Notes: generated by a model not told the origin, from the letters alone. A stretch of 64,000 nucleotides of DNA from an uncultured Candidatus Actinomarina sp. (GCA_902593795.1 CACJJR010000003.1:89837-153836); one strand, 5' to 3'; shown: positions 1-11,303, counted from the first letter of the stretch. Program-made: numbers and translations.

Positions 1-41
1 AATTAATATAGTCGATGAACAGACTAGAGGAATTTTTATAA

Positions 42-746
42 ATGTATAGCTTATCTATTTCAACTTCAGGAAAATATATTTCTGTAGCCATACACGATGA
101 TAAACTGATTTCCAGCAGTTCTGTTTTATCAGAAAATGGCACTACGAATCTATTAATGAAATCAATCGATGAAATAACCAAAAAGTCAAGAATAGAGAAG
201 TCCGATATTAACGTAGTATATCTTGATATTGGACCTGGTTATTATACAAGTCTGAGAATTGGACTAGCTGTTGCACAGGGAGTGTGTGGCAGTCTCGGAA
301 TCCCATTGGTGCCAGTAAATGGACTGGACGCATTAGCTTTCGCAGCACACACAGGCCACAGAAAGATTTGTACAATTATTGACATCAAGAGAGAGGAATA
401 TGCTTTTTGTTTATATAAGCCAGTACCGGGTGGGGTAGTAAGAGATTCTAAGCCAGAAGTTTTAAATGCTGAAAACCTAAAGATTAAATTAGAAGAAGAT
501 AATGATAAAAAACTTGTAGTAGGAGATTGGCACAGCTTGAATGAAAATTTAATTGGTGAAAATTCATACATTAAATTTGGGTCTCCTGAACATGTGTCAT
601 CTGAAAATATTTTTAATATTGGAAAAGAATTATTTAAAAATAAAGATTATCCAAATTTTAATGAAGTCAGGCTTGAGTATATGCGAGAACCAGATGTCTC
701 ATTTTCAACAAAAAGTTTAGAAGGTAAGGTCAACTTCCATGATTAA
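42..746 (+). CDS. tsaB: tRNA t6A biosynthesis protein TsaB (YeaZ family)
   Basis: 234-aa ORF with YeaZ/TsaB-like signatures (LSISTSGKYISVAI, DIGPGYYTSLRIGLAVAQG). It sits in the conserved tsaB-rimI-tsaD-groES-groEL order and overlaps the next gene by 8 nt. Confidence 0.8.
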   Translation: MYSLSISTSGKYISVAIHDDKLISSSSVLSENGTTNLLMKSIDEITKKSRIEKSDINVVYLDIGPGYYTSLRIGLAVAQGVCGSLGIPLVPVNGLDALAFAAHTGHRKICTIIDIKREEYAFCLYKPVPGGVVRDSKPEVLNAENLKIKLEEDNDKKLVVGDWHSLNENLIGENSYIKFGSPEHVSSENIFNIGKELFKNKDYPNFNEVRLEYMREPDVSFSTKSLEGKVNFHD

Positions 747-1182
747 GATTATTGAAAAATCTACAATTGAATTAGCTGATAAGTTAGCAAAATTAGAAAA
801 AAGTTTATTTGAGACTGCTTGGGATAGTGTTTTGATTAATAACAAAATTAATAATGGAGAGTTTGTATATTGGGTTTTTGAACAAGATAATCAAATTGTA
901 GGATATCTTGCAATTCAAAAAACTTTCTTTGATATTCATATTTTAGGAATTGGAGTATTGGAAAGTCATAGAAATAATTCAATTGCAAAAAAACTTACAA
1001 AGGAACTAATTTCTTATTTTGAAGTATCTGATTTCAACAAAATTTTGTTAGAAGTTAGGCAATCAAATGATATAGCTATGAGTTTGTACAAATCATTCGG
1101 ATTCAAACTATATGGTGTAAGAAAAAATTATTATGTAAACGAAGATGCTAACTTATTTCACTTGGAGAAAATATATGCTTGA
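739..1182 (+). CDS. rimI: ribosomal-protein-alanine N-acetyltransferase (GNAT)
   Basis: 147-aa GNAT fold (IVGYLAIQ, ILGIGVLESHRNNSIAKKL acetyl-CoA loop). The position between tsaB and tsaD is typical of rimI. It ends with a TGA stop at 1180-1182. Confidence 0.75.
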   Translation: MIKIIEKSTIELADKLAKLEKSLFETAWDSVLINNKINNGEFVYWVFEQDNQIVGYLAIQKTFFDIHILGIGVLESHRNNSIAKKLTKELISYFEVSDFNKILLEVRQSNDIAMSLYKSFGFKLYGVRKNYYVNEDANLFHLEKIYA

Positions 1183-2176
1183 TAACCAAATAATTCTTGG
1201 ATTTGAAACTTCATGTGATGAAACAGCTATTGCGATACTAAAAGGTGATGAGTTATTAGTAAATACAATTTCATCACAAGTAGATATACACGAAAAATTT
1301 GGTGGTGTAGTTCCTGAAGTTGCATCAAGAGCACATGCTGAGATGATAAGAAATATATTTCATTCATCTTTAAATAGTGCAAATTTACAAATTTCAGATA
1401 TTGATATTGTTTCAACTACAGATGGCCCTGGTCTCGTTGGAAGTCTTGTAGTAGGTTATAATTTTGCAAAGTCAGTAGCTTGGTCTATAGGCAAACCATT
1501 TCTAACTGTCGACCACATGGTAGGACATTTGGCAGCACCATTAATTGAAAATAGAACAATGAAACCACCATTCATGACACTTTTAGTTTCAGGTGGCCAT
1601 ACACAAATTGTACTAGTTGAAGAGTGGGGTAATTACCAACTACTAGGCACAACAATAGATGATGCAGCGGGTGAAGCTTTTGACAAATTATCTAGGTTTT
1701 GTGGATTCGGGTTTCCAGGAGGTCCTGCAATTCAAAAAATAGGTAAAGGTGGAGACCCAACAAAAATAGATCTCCCCAGGCCAAAAACAAAACATGAATA
1801 TAATTATTCATTTTCAGGTTTAAAAACAGCAGCTACAAATTTTTTAAATAATCTAGATTCTGAAGATAAAGTAACTAGATCTGATTTTGCAGCTTCATAC
1901 CAAGAAGCTATAGTTGATTCACTTTTATCAAACTTTGTTAAGGCTGTTGAAGATACTGGCGTAAAAAGTATATCTGGTGGAGGTGGAGTAATGGCTAATT
2001 CAAGACTTAGAGAAAAAATGAATATTTTTGCAGAGAAAAAAGACCTTAATATATACTTACCAACACCAAAATTGTCCACCGACAATGCTGCAATGATTTG
2101 TGTAGCCGCACAAAACAATTTGATAACAAACGATATAAACACTGATGATGTGCGTTTGAGTTCAATAATTGTATAA
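1175..2176 (+). CDS. tsaD: tRNA N6-adenosine threonylcarbamoyltransferase TsaD (Kae1/Gcp)
   Basis: Motifs ILGFETSCDETAIAI, DHMVGHL and VSGGHT. ATG 1175 is preferred over the track start at 1145 because homologues begin a few residues before ILGIETSCDET, and this start gives an ATGCTTGA overlap with the rimI stop. Confidence 0.9.
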   Translation: MLDNQIILGFETSCDETAIAILKGDELLVNTISSQVDIHEKFGGVVPEVASRAHAEMIRNIFHSSLNSANLQISDIDIVSTTDGPGLVGSLVVGYNFAKSVAWSIGKPFLTVDHMVGHLAAPLIENRTMKPPFMTLLVSGGHTQIVLVEEWGNYQLLGTTIDDAAGEAFDKLSRFCGFGFPGGPAIQKIGKGGDPTKIDLPRPKTKHEYNYSFSGLKTAATNFLNNLDSEDKVTRSDFAASYQEAIVDSLLSNFVKAVEDTGVKSISGGGGVMANSRLREKMNIFAEKKDLNIYLPTPKLSTDNAAMICVAAQNNLITNDINTDDVRLSSIIV

Positions 2177-2257
2177 TTTTTAGAAAATTTTTTTACATAT
2201 ATAAACAAGACAGTATTAAATTCACAATGTGGATATTTATTTAGGAGGTAAATATAT

Positions 2258-2548
2258 ATGAATCTTCAACCACTAGGAGACATGGTTATAGTAAAACCAT
2301 TGTCAGAAGAAGACAATAAGACCCCATCAGGGATTTATATTCCTGATACTGCAAAAGAAAAACCTCAAGAAGGTGAAGTAGTAGCAGTTGGTCCAGGCGA
2401 GCCAAATGATAACGGCGAAAAGATAAAACCAGACGTTGATAAAGGCGACAAAGTCGTTTATTCGAAATATGGTGGAACAGAAATTAAAATTGAAGGCACA
2501 GAATATCTTATTCTTTCAAGTAGAGATATTCTTGCAAAAGTAAGTTAA
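2258..2548 (+). CDS. groES: co-chaperonin GroES
   Basis: 96 aa with canonical Cpn10 sequence ([33 protein letters not shown]). An AGGAGG SD lies upstream. Confidence 0.97.
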   Translation: MNLQPLGDMVIVKPLSEEDNKTPSGIYIPDTAKEKPQEGEVVAVGPGEPNDNGEKIKPDVDKGDKVVYSKYGGTEIKIEGTEYLILSSRDILAKVS

Positions 2549-2551
2549 TAA

Positions 2552-4192
<1,641 letters not shown>

Positions 4193-4212
4193 GTAAATTA
4201 CATCTAAGAATT

Positions 4213-4244
4213 AAAAAAGAGTGGACATTGTTCCACTCTTTTTA
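4213..4244 (+). terminator. rho-independent terminator after groEL
   Basis: Stem AGAGTGGA / TCCACTCT (4218-4225 / 4232-4239) with a 6-nt loop, A-tract before and T-run after. Confidence 0.8.
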
Positions 4245-4261
4245 TATAGTAAACAAATATT

Positions 4262-4606
4262 ATGAAAAGTATTCGTGGAGCAATCGCAGTTGTAGAGAAC
4301 AATCAAGATAGTATTTTAGACTCATCTAAATTACTCCTTAGTGAGATTTTTGAACAAAATTCAATTACGGAAGACGATATAGAATCTGCTATTTTTACTG
4401 TTACTAAAGAGCTAACAAAAGCATTTCCAGCAAAAGCTTTTCGAGAGCTTGGAATGTTTTCTGTTGCTGCAATAGATACACTTGCACCTGATATAGATGG
4501 AGATCTTGAAGGTTGTATCCGTGTCTTAATTAATTTAAACAGTGATTCAGCAGAAGTTAATCATGTTTATTTAGGCGAAGCAAAAAATTTGAGACCCGAT
4601 AGATAA
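4262..4606 (+). CDS. aroH: chorismate mutase, AroH class
   Basis: 114 aa, collinear with the B. subtilis AroH-type chorismate mutase (N-terminal IRGA, FPAKAFREL, CIRVL, HVYLGEAKNLRPD). Confidence 0.85.
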   Translation: MKSIRGAIAVVENNQDSILDSSKLLLSEIFEQNSITEDDIESAIFTVTKELTKAFPAKAFRELGMFSVAAIDTLAPDIDGDLEGCIRVLINLNSDSAEVNHVYLGEAKNLRPDR

Positions 4607-4648
4607 AAATTATTTGCAAAACTAAATTCTGTGCTACCATGTTCTTTA

Positions 4649-4747
4649 ATGAAATTAAATAACACATACTTTTACTTTAGTGAGCACATATAAGTTGCCC
4701 TAAAGTGTGTATTGTGAAATCGGGCAAAAGCCCGATTTTTTTATTTT
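4649..4747 (+). promoter_or_regulatory. candidate transcription attenuator: leader peptide MKLNNTYFYFSEHI (4649-4693) plus alternative hairpins and terminator
   Basis: The mini-ORF ATG AAA TTA AAT AAC ACA TAC TTT TAC TTT AGT GAG CAC ATA TAA carries tandem Tyr/Phe codons. Region 1 ACTTTAG (4674-4680) pairs with CTAAAGT (4700-4706). TTGCCC (4695-4700) pairs with GGGCAA (4722-4727), which overlaps the 5-prime arm of the terminator. Confidence 0.55.
4717..4747 (+). terminator. rho-independent terminator (attenuator terminator and/or aroH terminator)
   Basis: Stem AAATCGGGC / GCCCGATTT with an AAAA loop (4717-4738), followed by TTTTTTTATTTT. It lies immediately before the GAGGAGG SD of the DAHP synthase gene. 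Confidence 0.85.
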
Positions 4748-4758
4748 GAGGAGGAAAA

Positions 4759-5772
4759 TTGATAATAGTAATGAAAGAGTCTCATACTGAAGAAGATATT
4801 GAGAAGGTAAAAGAAAAGGCAATACAGCAGGGACATGAACCACTAGTCATATTTGGCGTGGAACGAAGCGTTGTAGCAGTGAGTGGTAAAGTAAATGATG
4901 ACCATCGTGCTGTGATGAAACTTTTACCAAATGTAAGTCGAGTAATTCCAGTTGGAAAACCGTACAAACTTGCAAGCAAAAACTACAAAAAAGAAAATTC
5001 AGTCATTCAAATACAAAACCTTAAGATTGGTGGTGATGAAATTGCAATTATTGCTGGTCCAGATAGTGCTGAAACACAAGAACAGACAATCGAAACTGCA
5101 ATGGCTGCAAAGGAAGCAGGATCAAATGGTTTGAGAGGCGGCGCATTTAAACCAAGAACCTCACCATACAGTTTCCAGGGATTGGGCGAAGATGGATTAA
5201 AAATGCTGAAAGAGGCCTCTGAAATTACTTCATTACCGCTATTTAGTGAAATTATGGATGCTCAACATTTATCAATGATGGAAAAATATGTTGATGTTTT
5301 ACAAGTTGGTGCAAGAAACATGCAGAATTTTAAACTCCTCGAAGCTGTTGGTGAATCAAAGTTACCGGTTTTGTTAAAACGAGGATTGTCTGCAACCTTG
5401 GACGAGCTACTACTTGCAAGTGAATACATCCTATCAAGAGGCAATGAAAATGTCATGTTGTGTGAAAGAGGTATTAGAACCTATGAGACCGCCACAAGGA
5501 ATACATTTGATATAAATGCTATTCCTTTTTTGAAGCAGAACAGTCATTTGCCTGTAATAGCTGATCCTAGTCATGCAACTGGTGACAATACTTTAGTTGA
5601 GCCAGTTGCTTTAGCAGCTATAGCTGCTGGTGCTGATGGATTATTAATTGAAATCCACCCTAGGCCGGAGGAAGCTTTATGTGATGGGCCACAAGCATTA
5701 CTTCCAAGCGAACTAGAGGTTTTAATAAATAAAGCATCAATTGTTGCAAAGGCGGTTGGAAGGTCACTTTAA
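4759..5772 (+). CDS. aroF: 3-deoxy-7-phosphoheptulonate (DAHP) synthase, type I-beta with N-terminal ferredoxin-like regulatory domain
   Basis: 337 aa. The N-terminus MIIVMKESHTEEDIEKV resembles the Thermotoga-type DAHPS regulatory domain, and the KDO8P/DAHPS barrel motifs are present (RGGAFKPRTSPYSFQG, VGARNMQN, ADPSHATG). TTG start is 4 nt after GAGGAGG. Confidence 0.88.
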   Translation: MIIVMKESHTEEDIEKVKEKAIQQGHEPLVIFGVERSVVAVSGKVNDDHRAVMKLLPNVSRVIPVGKPYKLASKNYKKENSVIQIQNLKIGGDEIAIIAGPDSAETQEQTIETAMAAKEAGSNGLRGGAFKPRTSPYSFQGLGEDGLKMLKEASEITSLPLFSEIMDAQHLSMMEKYVDVLQVGARNMQNFKLLEAVGESKLPVLLKRGLSATLDELLLASEYILSRGNENVMLCERGIRTYETATRNTFDINAIPFLKQNSHLPVIADPSHATGDNTLVEPVALAAIAAGADGLLIEIHPRPEEALCDGPQALLPSELEVLINKASIVAKAVGRSL

Positions 5773-6608
5773 TGTTAAAAACAATTCATATTATTGGTCT
5801 TGGTTTAATGGGAACAAATTTGGGAATCAAATTAGTAAACAGTGGCTTTGAAGTAAGTGGGTCTGATGTTTTAGAAGAAAATGTTAGGCGGGCAAAAGAG
5901 CTCTCGGCTATATCATTGGATCATGATGAGTCTATAGAGTATGATCTTATAGTTTTGGCTATTCCAATTAATGAAATTTTAAATTATTTTGATTCAGAAC
6001 CATCTTTGAAGTCAAGAGCAATTGTTGACTTAGGAGGTACAAAAGATCTTATCTGTAAAAAAATGGATACATCTACTATTCCTGCAATAGGAGGACATCC
6101 ACTATGCGGTATCGCAGACAATAGTACGTGGGAACCAACTCCTGAAATGTACGAAGGAGCTCCATTTTTACTATGTGAAACAAGATCAACTGATGAGCAA
6201 AGCAAGGCAGTAGTTACAGAATTTATAAAAGCTATTGAATCTAGTGAGATATGGATTGATCAATCAAAACACGATGAGTTAATTTCTTTGACAAGTCACT
6301 TGCCGCATATTCTAAGTTCTGCTTTAGTTTCACTTGCTATGAAAGAGCAAGATTTAAATGAATTGATAAATTTAGCCTCTGGAGGTTTTGATGGAGCTAC
6401 TCGTCTATCTAGGACTTCACCAAATATGATTTCTGATATGTATCTAACAAATGTTGACAATGTAAAAGATTTAATTAATAAATTAATATCGGAACTTCAA
6501 CAAATTCAAAAAATTAGTGACGAGAAAATTATGTTAGGTTATTTGTCAGATACCGTTGATTGGCGCAGGGCCTTGGCAGAAAAGTTTGGAGAAAGAGACC
6601 TCACATAA
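5772..6608 (+). CDS. tyrA: prephenate (or arogenate) dehydrogenase
   Basis: 278 aa with an N-terminal Rossmann motif (IGLGLMG) and the GGHPLCG and TSHLPHILS motifs. TAATG overlaps at both ends. Confidence 0.85.
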   Translation: MLKTIHIIGLGLMGTNLGIKLVNSGFEVSGSDVLEENVRRAKELSAISLDHDESIEYDLIVLAIPINEILNYFDSEPSLKSRAIVDLGGTKDLICKKMDTSTIPAIGGHPLCGIADNSTWEPTPEMYEGAPFLLCETRSTDEQSKAVVTEFIKAIESSEIWIDQSKHDELISLTSHLPHILSSALVSLAMKEQDLNELINLASGGFDGATRLSRTSPNMISDMYLTNVDNVKDLINKLISELQQIQKISDEKIMLGYLSDTVDWRRALAEKFGERDLT

Positions 6609-7876
6609 TGAAAATTGAAGGCACTTTAAGTATTGTTGGAGACAAGTCTCTTTCTCATAGAGCAGTAATTCTTTGTTCCTTAGCAAGTGGAGTTTCAAGA
6701 ATAAAAAATATTTTATTGTCGGGAGATACAAAAGCTACGATACAGATTTTCAGACAGTTAGGAGTAGAAATAAATGAAATCAACAATAATGAAGTAGAGA
6801 TTCACGGAGTAGGATTACATGGCTTGAGACAACCTGAAGGCCCACTTAATGCAGTAAATTCTGGTACCACTGCAAGACTACTTACAGGTCTTTTGTCAAA
6901 GCAAAATTTCAAGTCTGAATTAACCGGTAGTACTCAATTAATTAAACGCCCAATGAAAAGAATAGTAAAGCCACTTAGTGAAAAGGGAGCCGCTATTAAA
7001 GACACCAGGGGCAAATTACCAATTAATTTTGAACCAAAAGATTATAAATTTGAAAGTATCTATTCAGATAAACCAAGTGCACAAGTTAAAAGTGGATTTC
7101 TTCTTGCCTCACTTTATCATGATGAATTTCCGACAACTGTTATTGAAGAGCTACCGACAAGAGATCACACTGAACGAATGTTAAATTTAATGGGAGTAAA
7201 TACCGTTAGACTTGGCAACTCTATAACAATAGAACCTGTATCAAGTCTTAGAAGTATTAACTACACCGTGCCTGGAGACCCTTCCTCAGCGGCATTTTTG
7301 ATAGCTCTTGGTCTTATGAAAAGTAAAAAATTAATCATCAAAGATGTTTTGCTCAATGAAAGAAGAATTGGTTTTCTAAAAATATTAAAACGAATGAACG
7401 CAAAAATATCAATTGAAAATCTAGAAGTTAGAGATAACGAATCAGTAGGAGATATACATGTTTCAAAATCTAATTTATCTTCTGTTGAGATTAATAAGGA
7501 AGATGTGTCTGACATGGTAGATGAATTTCCAATATTTACTCTTTTGGCGACGCAAGCTAAGGGAGTTACCACTGTTATTGGAGCAGGTGAGCTAAGAATA
7601 AAAGAATCAGACCGCATAGAATCTATGGAAAACTTTATTCAATCACTGGGTGGAGATATAGAAGTTAATCCTGATGGTTTTAAAGTTAATGGCCTTCAAA
7701 AATTAAAATCTGGACAAATTAAAACTTTTGAGGACCACAGAATAGCCATGACTGGTGTAATTGCAAATCTAGCAATTAATAATGGTATTAAACCAGATAA
7801 CATAAATTGTATTTCAGATTCTTACCCCAGTTTTTTTTCAGATCTTGAAAAAATTGGAGCAAATTATGACAATTAG
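6608..7876 (+). CDS. aroA: 3-phosphoshikimate 1-carboxyvinyltransferase (EPSP synthase)
   Basis: Motifs GDKSLSHRA, NSGTTARLL, LRIKESDRI and EDHRIAM. ATG 6608 (MKIEGTL...) is preferred over the track start at 6560 and gives a TAATG junction with tyrA. Confidence 0.93.
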   Translation: MKIEGTLSIVGDKSLSHRAVILCSLASGVSRIKNILLSGDTKATIQIFRQLGVEINEINNNEVEIHGVGLHGLRQPEGPLNAVNSGTTARLLTGLLSKQNFKSELTGSTQLIKRPMKRIVKPLSEKGAAIKDTRGKLPINFEPKDYKFESIYSDKPSAQVKSGFLLASLYHDEFPTTVIEELPTRDHTERMLNLMGVNTVRLGNSITIEPVSSLRSINYTVPGDPSSAAFLIALGLMKSKKLIIKDVLLNERRIGFLKILKRMNAKISIENLEVRDNESVGDIHVSKSNLSSVEINKEDVSDMVDEFPIFTLLATQAKGVTTVIGAGELRIKESDRIESMENFIQSLGGDIEVNPDGFKVNGLQKLKSGQIKTFEDHRIAMTGVIANLAINNGIKPDNINCISDSYPSFFSDLEKIGANYDN

Positions 7877-8660
7877 ATTAGGGATAATAGGTTGGCCATT
7901 AACAAAGACATTTTCTCCAAACATACATCAAAGTCTTTCTGAAATTTCGAATATTGATATTGCTTATAAAAAATTACCAATTGAGAATTTTACTTTAGAC
8001 ATCTATGAAAGTTTGAATGATGAATTTGATGGATATAATGTAACGATTCCTCATAAAGAAAACATATATAATTTATCTAAAGATTTAAAGAATGTCTCGA
8101 GATCATCAGTTGTTGAAAATATTAAAGCTGTAAATACCGTAAAAGTAGATGGCAACAATGTTTTATTATCAAACACAGATGTCGATGGTATTAATCAAAC
8201 TTTTGAATTTATCAATTTTGATATTAATGACAAAATTGTACTTATTCTTGGTAGCGGAGGAAGTGCTCAAACTGCGAAGTATACGTTATCAGAAAATAAT
8301 AAGGTGTATACAGTTTCTAGAAATAAAAAAGATGGAGACTTCACTTATACAGAGGTTAATCAGATAGCTGGTGATGTTGAGGTCATTATAAATACTACGC
8401 CATTAGGAATGCCACCATATGAAAATGAAAAACTTCCTATAAGTCATCTTAATTTTTCAAAATTAGAATTGTTCTTCAACTTTGGATATGGTGTATCAAA
8501 GAAACTAACAAGTGAAATTCCTAAAAATGTGACATCAATTGATGGAACAATAATGTTAATTGCTCAAGCAATATCTTCGTTTAATATATGGACAGGACAA
8601 AGTATAAAATTTAACGAAGCTTACAAGGAAATTGTAGAAAGGATAGATTATGAGAATTGA
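7866..8660 (+). CDS. aroE: shikimate dehydrogenase
   Basis: Motifs YNVTIPHKE, SNTDVDG and LILGSGGSAQ. ATG 7866 has a GGAG 6 nt upstream, whereas the track start at 7845 is a TTG. Confidence 0.88.
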   Translation: MTIRLGIIGWPLTKTFSPNIHQSLSEISNIDIAYKKLPIENFTLDIYESLNDEFDGYNVTIPHKENIYNLSKDLKNVSRSSVVENIKAVNTVKVDGNNVLLSNTDVDGINQTFEFINFDINDKIVLILGSGGSAQTAKYTLSENNKVYTVSRNKKDGDFTYTEVNQIAGDVEVIINTTPLGMPPYENEKLPISHLNFSKLELFFNFGYGVSKKLTSEIPKNVTSIDGTIMLIAQAISSFNIWTGQSIKFNEAYKEIVERIDYEN

Positions 8661-9831
8661 ATATCTGACAGCTGGTGAAAGTCATGGACCAGAATTAACA
8701 GCAATTATAGAAGGTATCCCATCAAATTTTGAAGTAAGTAAAAATTACATTGATGAGTTTTTAGCAAGACGACAAAAATCTTTAGGTTCTGGCGGAAGAA
8801 TGAATATTGAAAAAGATGAGATTTTTATTACTTCTGGAGTAATTAATAATTTATCAACGGGTGGTCCTATAGCAATAAAGATTATCAATAAAGACTGGAA
8901 AAATTGGAAGGATAAAGAAATAGAACCTTTCGTAGTTCCTCGTCCAGGACATGCAGACTTGGTCGGGACATTTAAGTATAAACATGATGACATAAGGCTT
9001 TCACTTGAAAGAGCAAGTGCACGAGAAACTGCAATTAGATGCGCAATAGGAGCTATCTGTCATCAAATCCTAAGTCAACTTGGAGTTGAAGTTGTAGGTT
9101 ATGTTTCATCTATTGGTCAGCAAAAGCTAGAAAATATTGATTTAGAAGAAATAGGTCTAATTAAAAAACTTGTTGATGAATCTGAAGTGTCATGTCCGGA
9201 TAAAGAAGTAAGTGAGTTAATGATAAATGAAATATTAACGGCAAGAAAGAAAAAGGACACTTTAGGTGGCTCTATAACATTAGTTGCAAAAAATTTTCCT
9301 GCAGGCTGCGGTAGCTATGTTCATTTTGATAGAAAGCTAGACGCAAAACTTACTTCATCTATGATGTCTGTGCAGAGCGTTAAGGCAGTTGAGGTTGGCA
9401 GTGGTATAGAAGCATCTAAAGATTTTGGCACAGCCGTACAAGATCAAATAGTTTTAAATGAACAAAATATTGAACGAATCACAAATAATTTAGGTGGATT
9501 TGAGGGAGGTATGTCAACAGGGGAGCCAATTATGATAACTTCTTATTTAAAACCAATAAGTACAACTTTGACTCCTATAAAAAGTGTTGACTTGGCATCA
9601 CAGAAAGAAACGGAAACTAACTATGAAAGGTCTGACACCTGTGCAGTGCCTAGAGCTGTTCCTATTTTTGAAAGTGTAATATCTATAGACCTTTTAAATT
9701 CCCTGATTGAAAATACAGGAGGAGATAATAAAGAACTAATTTTAAAAAGAGTTAATGAAATAAAAGATATAACTCTTGATAGCTTTAATTTGGCAAATAA
9801 AACTTGGTCTATGAAATATGAAAATGAATAA
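8650..9831 (+). CDS. aroC: chorismate synthase
   Basis: 393 aa with YLTAGESHGPEL, RPGHADL and RSDTCAVPRA motifs. Confidence 0.95.
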   Translation: MRIEYLTAGESHGPELTAIIEGIPSNFEVSKNYIDEFLARRQKSLGSGGRMNIEKDEIFITSGVINNLSTGGPIAIKIINKDWKNWKDKEIEPFVVPRPGHADLVGTFKYKHDDIRLSLERASARETAIRCAIGAICHQILSQLGVEVVGYVSSIGQQKLENIDLEEIGLIKKLVDESEVSCPDKEVSELMINEILTARKKKDTLGGSITLVAKNFPAGCGSYVHFDRKLDAKLTSSMMSVQSVKAVEVGSGIEASKDFGTAVQDQIVLNEQNIERITNNLGGFEGGMSTGEPIMITSYLKPISTTLTPIKSVDLASQKETETNYERSDTCAVPRAVPIFESVISIDLLNSLIENTGGDNKELILKRVNEIKDITLDSFNLANKTWSMKYENE

Positions 9832-10318
9832 TTCATTTTATTTATGTGGGTTTATGGGTGTTGGTAAAACTACGATTTTAAATAATATTAAACAACAAAC
9901 TAAATATACGTGTATTGATTTGGATGAAAATATAGAGAATAAGTATGGTCAGATAGATAATATTTTTGTAGAAAAAGGAGAGATTTTTTTTAGAGAAATT
10001 GAAGAAAAAGAATTTTTTGTAAATCAAAACAAATTTAATTTAATTTCTTTAGGCGGTGGCGCAATAGAAAATGACAATATTTTTGAAAATTTACTTAAAA
10101 GTAATCAAACTATTTATTTAAGTCTTAACTTTGAAATTCTTTGGGAAAGAATTAAAAATTCAAACAGACCACTAGTTAGTACAGGAAGAGAAATTCTTGA
10201 AAGTAGATACAAAAATAGAATAAAAAGGTACGAGATGATGGAATATAAAATTTCCAATGAGAATTTAAAAGATACTACAAGCAAAGTACTAGAAATAATG
10301 GAAAATCAAAATGCCTAA
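9818..10318 (+). CDS. aroK: shikimate kinase
   Basis: 166 aa with Walker A GFMGVGKTT and an SLGGGA motif. It sits between aroC and aroB as in other actinobacteria. Confidence 0.88.
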   Translation: MKMNNSFYLCGFMGVGKTTILNNIKQQTKYTCIDLDENIENKYGQIDNIFVEKGEIFFREIEEKEFFVNQNKFNLISLGGGAIENDNIFENLLKSNQTIYLSLNFEILWERIKNSNRPLVSTGREILESRYKNRIKRYEMMEYKISNENLKDTTSKVLEIMENQNA

Positions 10319-11303
10319 AAATATTTATCTAAGCAGCAGTGAAGAATTAATTAAATATATTAATGAAGATTTACCAAATGAGAGCTTAATTATTCTCGAT
10401 TCTGCTCTTGAGCAATTTAAATTACATAGCAATTTTAATGCAAGTCATGTTTACTTAAAGGTTTCTGAAGAAACAAAAAATTTAGAAACAGTTGAAAAAA
10501 TTTGGGAAATAATGTTTTCATCAAATTTAAATAGATCAGACGCAATAGTAATTATTGGAGGTGGGGTTATGCTTGACCTCTGCTCTTTTGCTGCAAGCAC
10601 ATATAAAAGGGGTATTGCCTTTACATTAGTTCCGTCTACTTTATTAGCTATGGTTGATGCATCTCATGGAGGTAAAAATGGTTTTAATAATAATTATGGA
10701 AAAAACCAAATTGGCACTTTTAATTTACCCAAGGGTGTTGTAGTTTGTTTTGAACTTCTCAATACTTTGAAAGATAAAGATTATAAAGATGGCTTAATTG
10801 AGCTTGTAAAACATGGACTAATTGGTAGTAAAGAAATATTTGATAAATTGGTTTTTACAGAAAATTTCAAAATAGATACTGAGATAATCAAAAAAGGAAT
10901 ACAAATTAAAGAAGATATTGTAGAAGACGATTATTTAGAAACTGGAAAAAGAAAATATTTAAATTTTGGGCATACAGTAGGCCACTTAATTGAGCAAGAT
11001 TCAAAGTTCACTTTATCACACGGTGAAGCTGTAGCTATAGGAATGATTTATGAACTTGAACTATCGAAGAAACATTTTGGTTTGCCACAAGAAGTAATTG
11101 ATTTGTATGTTTCATATCTTGAAAAACTTGATTACAAAAAATCATATGAATTTGTAAACGACATCGACTACTTATTAGGAATTTTAAAAGATGATAAAAA
11201 AAGTAAATCTGACTCTGTAGATATTGTTTTACTATCAGATATATCACAGCCTAATTTAATTAGTATAAGCTTTGATGAATTGATTGAGGTGATTCAAAAT
11301 TAA
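10311..11303 (+). CDS. aroB: 3-dehydroquinate synthase
   Basis: 330 aa with IGGGVMLDLCSFAAS, LNFGHTVGHLIE and HGEAVAIGM metal-site motifs. Confidence 0.92.
   Translation: MPKNIYLSSSEELIKYINEDLPNESLIILDSALEQFKLHSNFNASHVYLKVSEETKNLETVEKIWEIMFSSNLNRSDAIVIIGGGVMLDLCSFAASTYKRGIAFTLVPSTLLAMVDASHGGKNGFNNNYGKNQIGTFNLPKGVVVCFELLNTLKDKDYKDGLIELVKHGLIGSKEIFDKLVFTENFKIDTEIIKKGIQIKEDIVEDDYLETGKRKYLNFGHTVGHLIEQDSKFTLSHGEAVAIGMIYELELSKKHFGLPQEVIDLYVSYLEKLDYKKSYEFVNDIDYLLGILKDDKKSKSDSVDIVLLSDISQPNLISISFDELIEVIQN

Noticed and set aside
2177-2257. I looked for a CIRCE (TTAGCACTC-N9-GAGTGCTAA) or HAIR heat-shock operator upstream of groES.
   Set aside because: No inverted repeat of that kind is present in the 80-nt leader. 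Only AT-rich sequence and the SD are visible, so no regulatory call was made.
4639-4662. Alternative mini-ORF MFFNEIK (two Phe codons) in the aro leader region.
   Set aside because: It overlaps the better candidate, MKLNNTYFYFSEHI (4649-4693), in another frame. It ends about 30 nt before the alternative helices, so a ribosome on it could not influence them. I kept the YFYF leader instead.
6560-6607. N-terminal extensions in the track for aroA (6560), aroE (7845), tsaD (1145), pheA (11681) and the YceI-like gene (18734).
   Set aside because: Internal ATGs align with the homologue N-termini and create typical SD spacing or stop/start overlaps. The extensions lie within the upstream genes.
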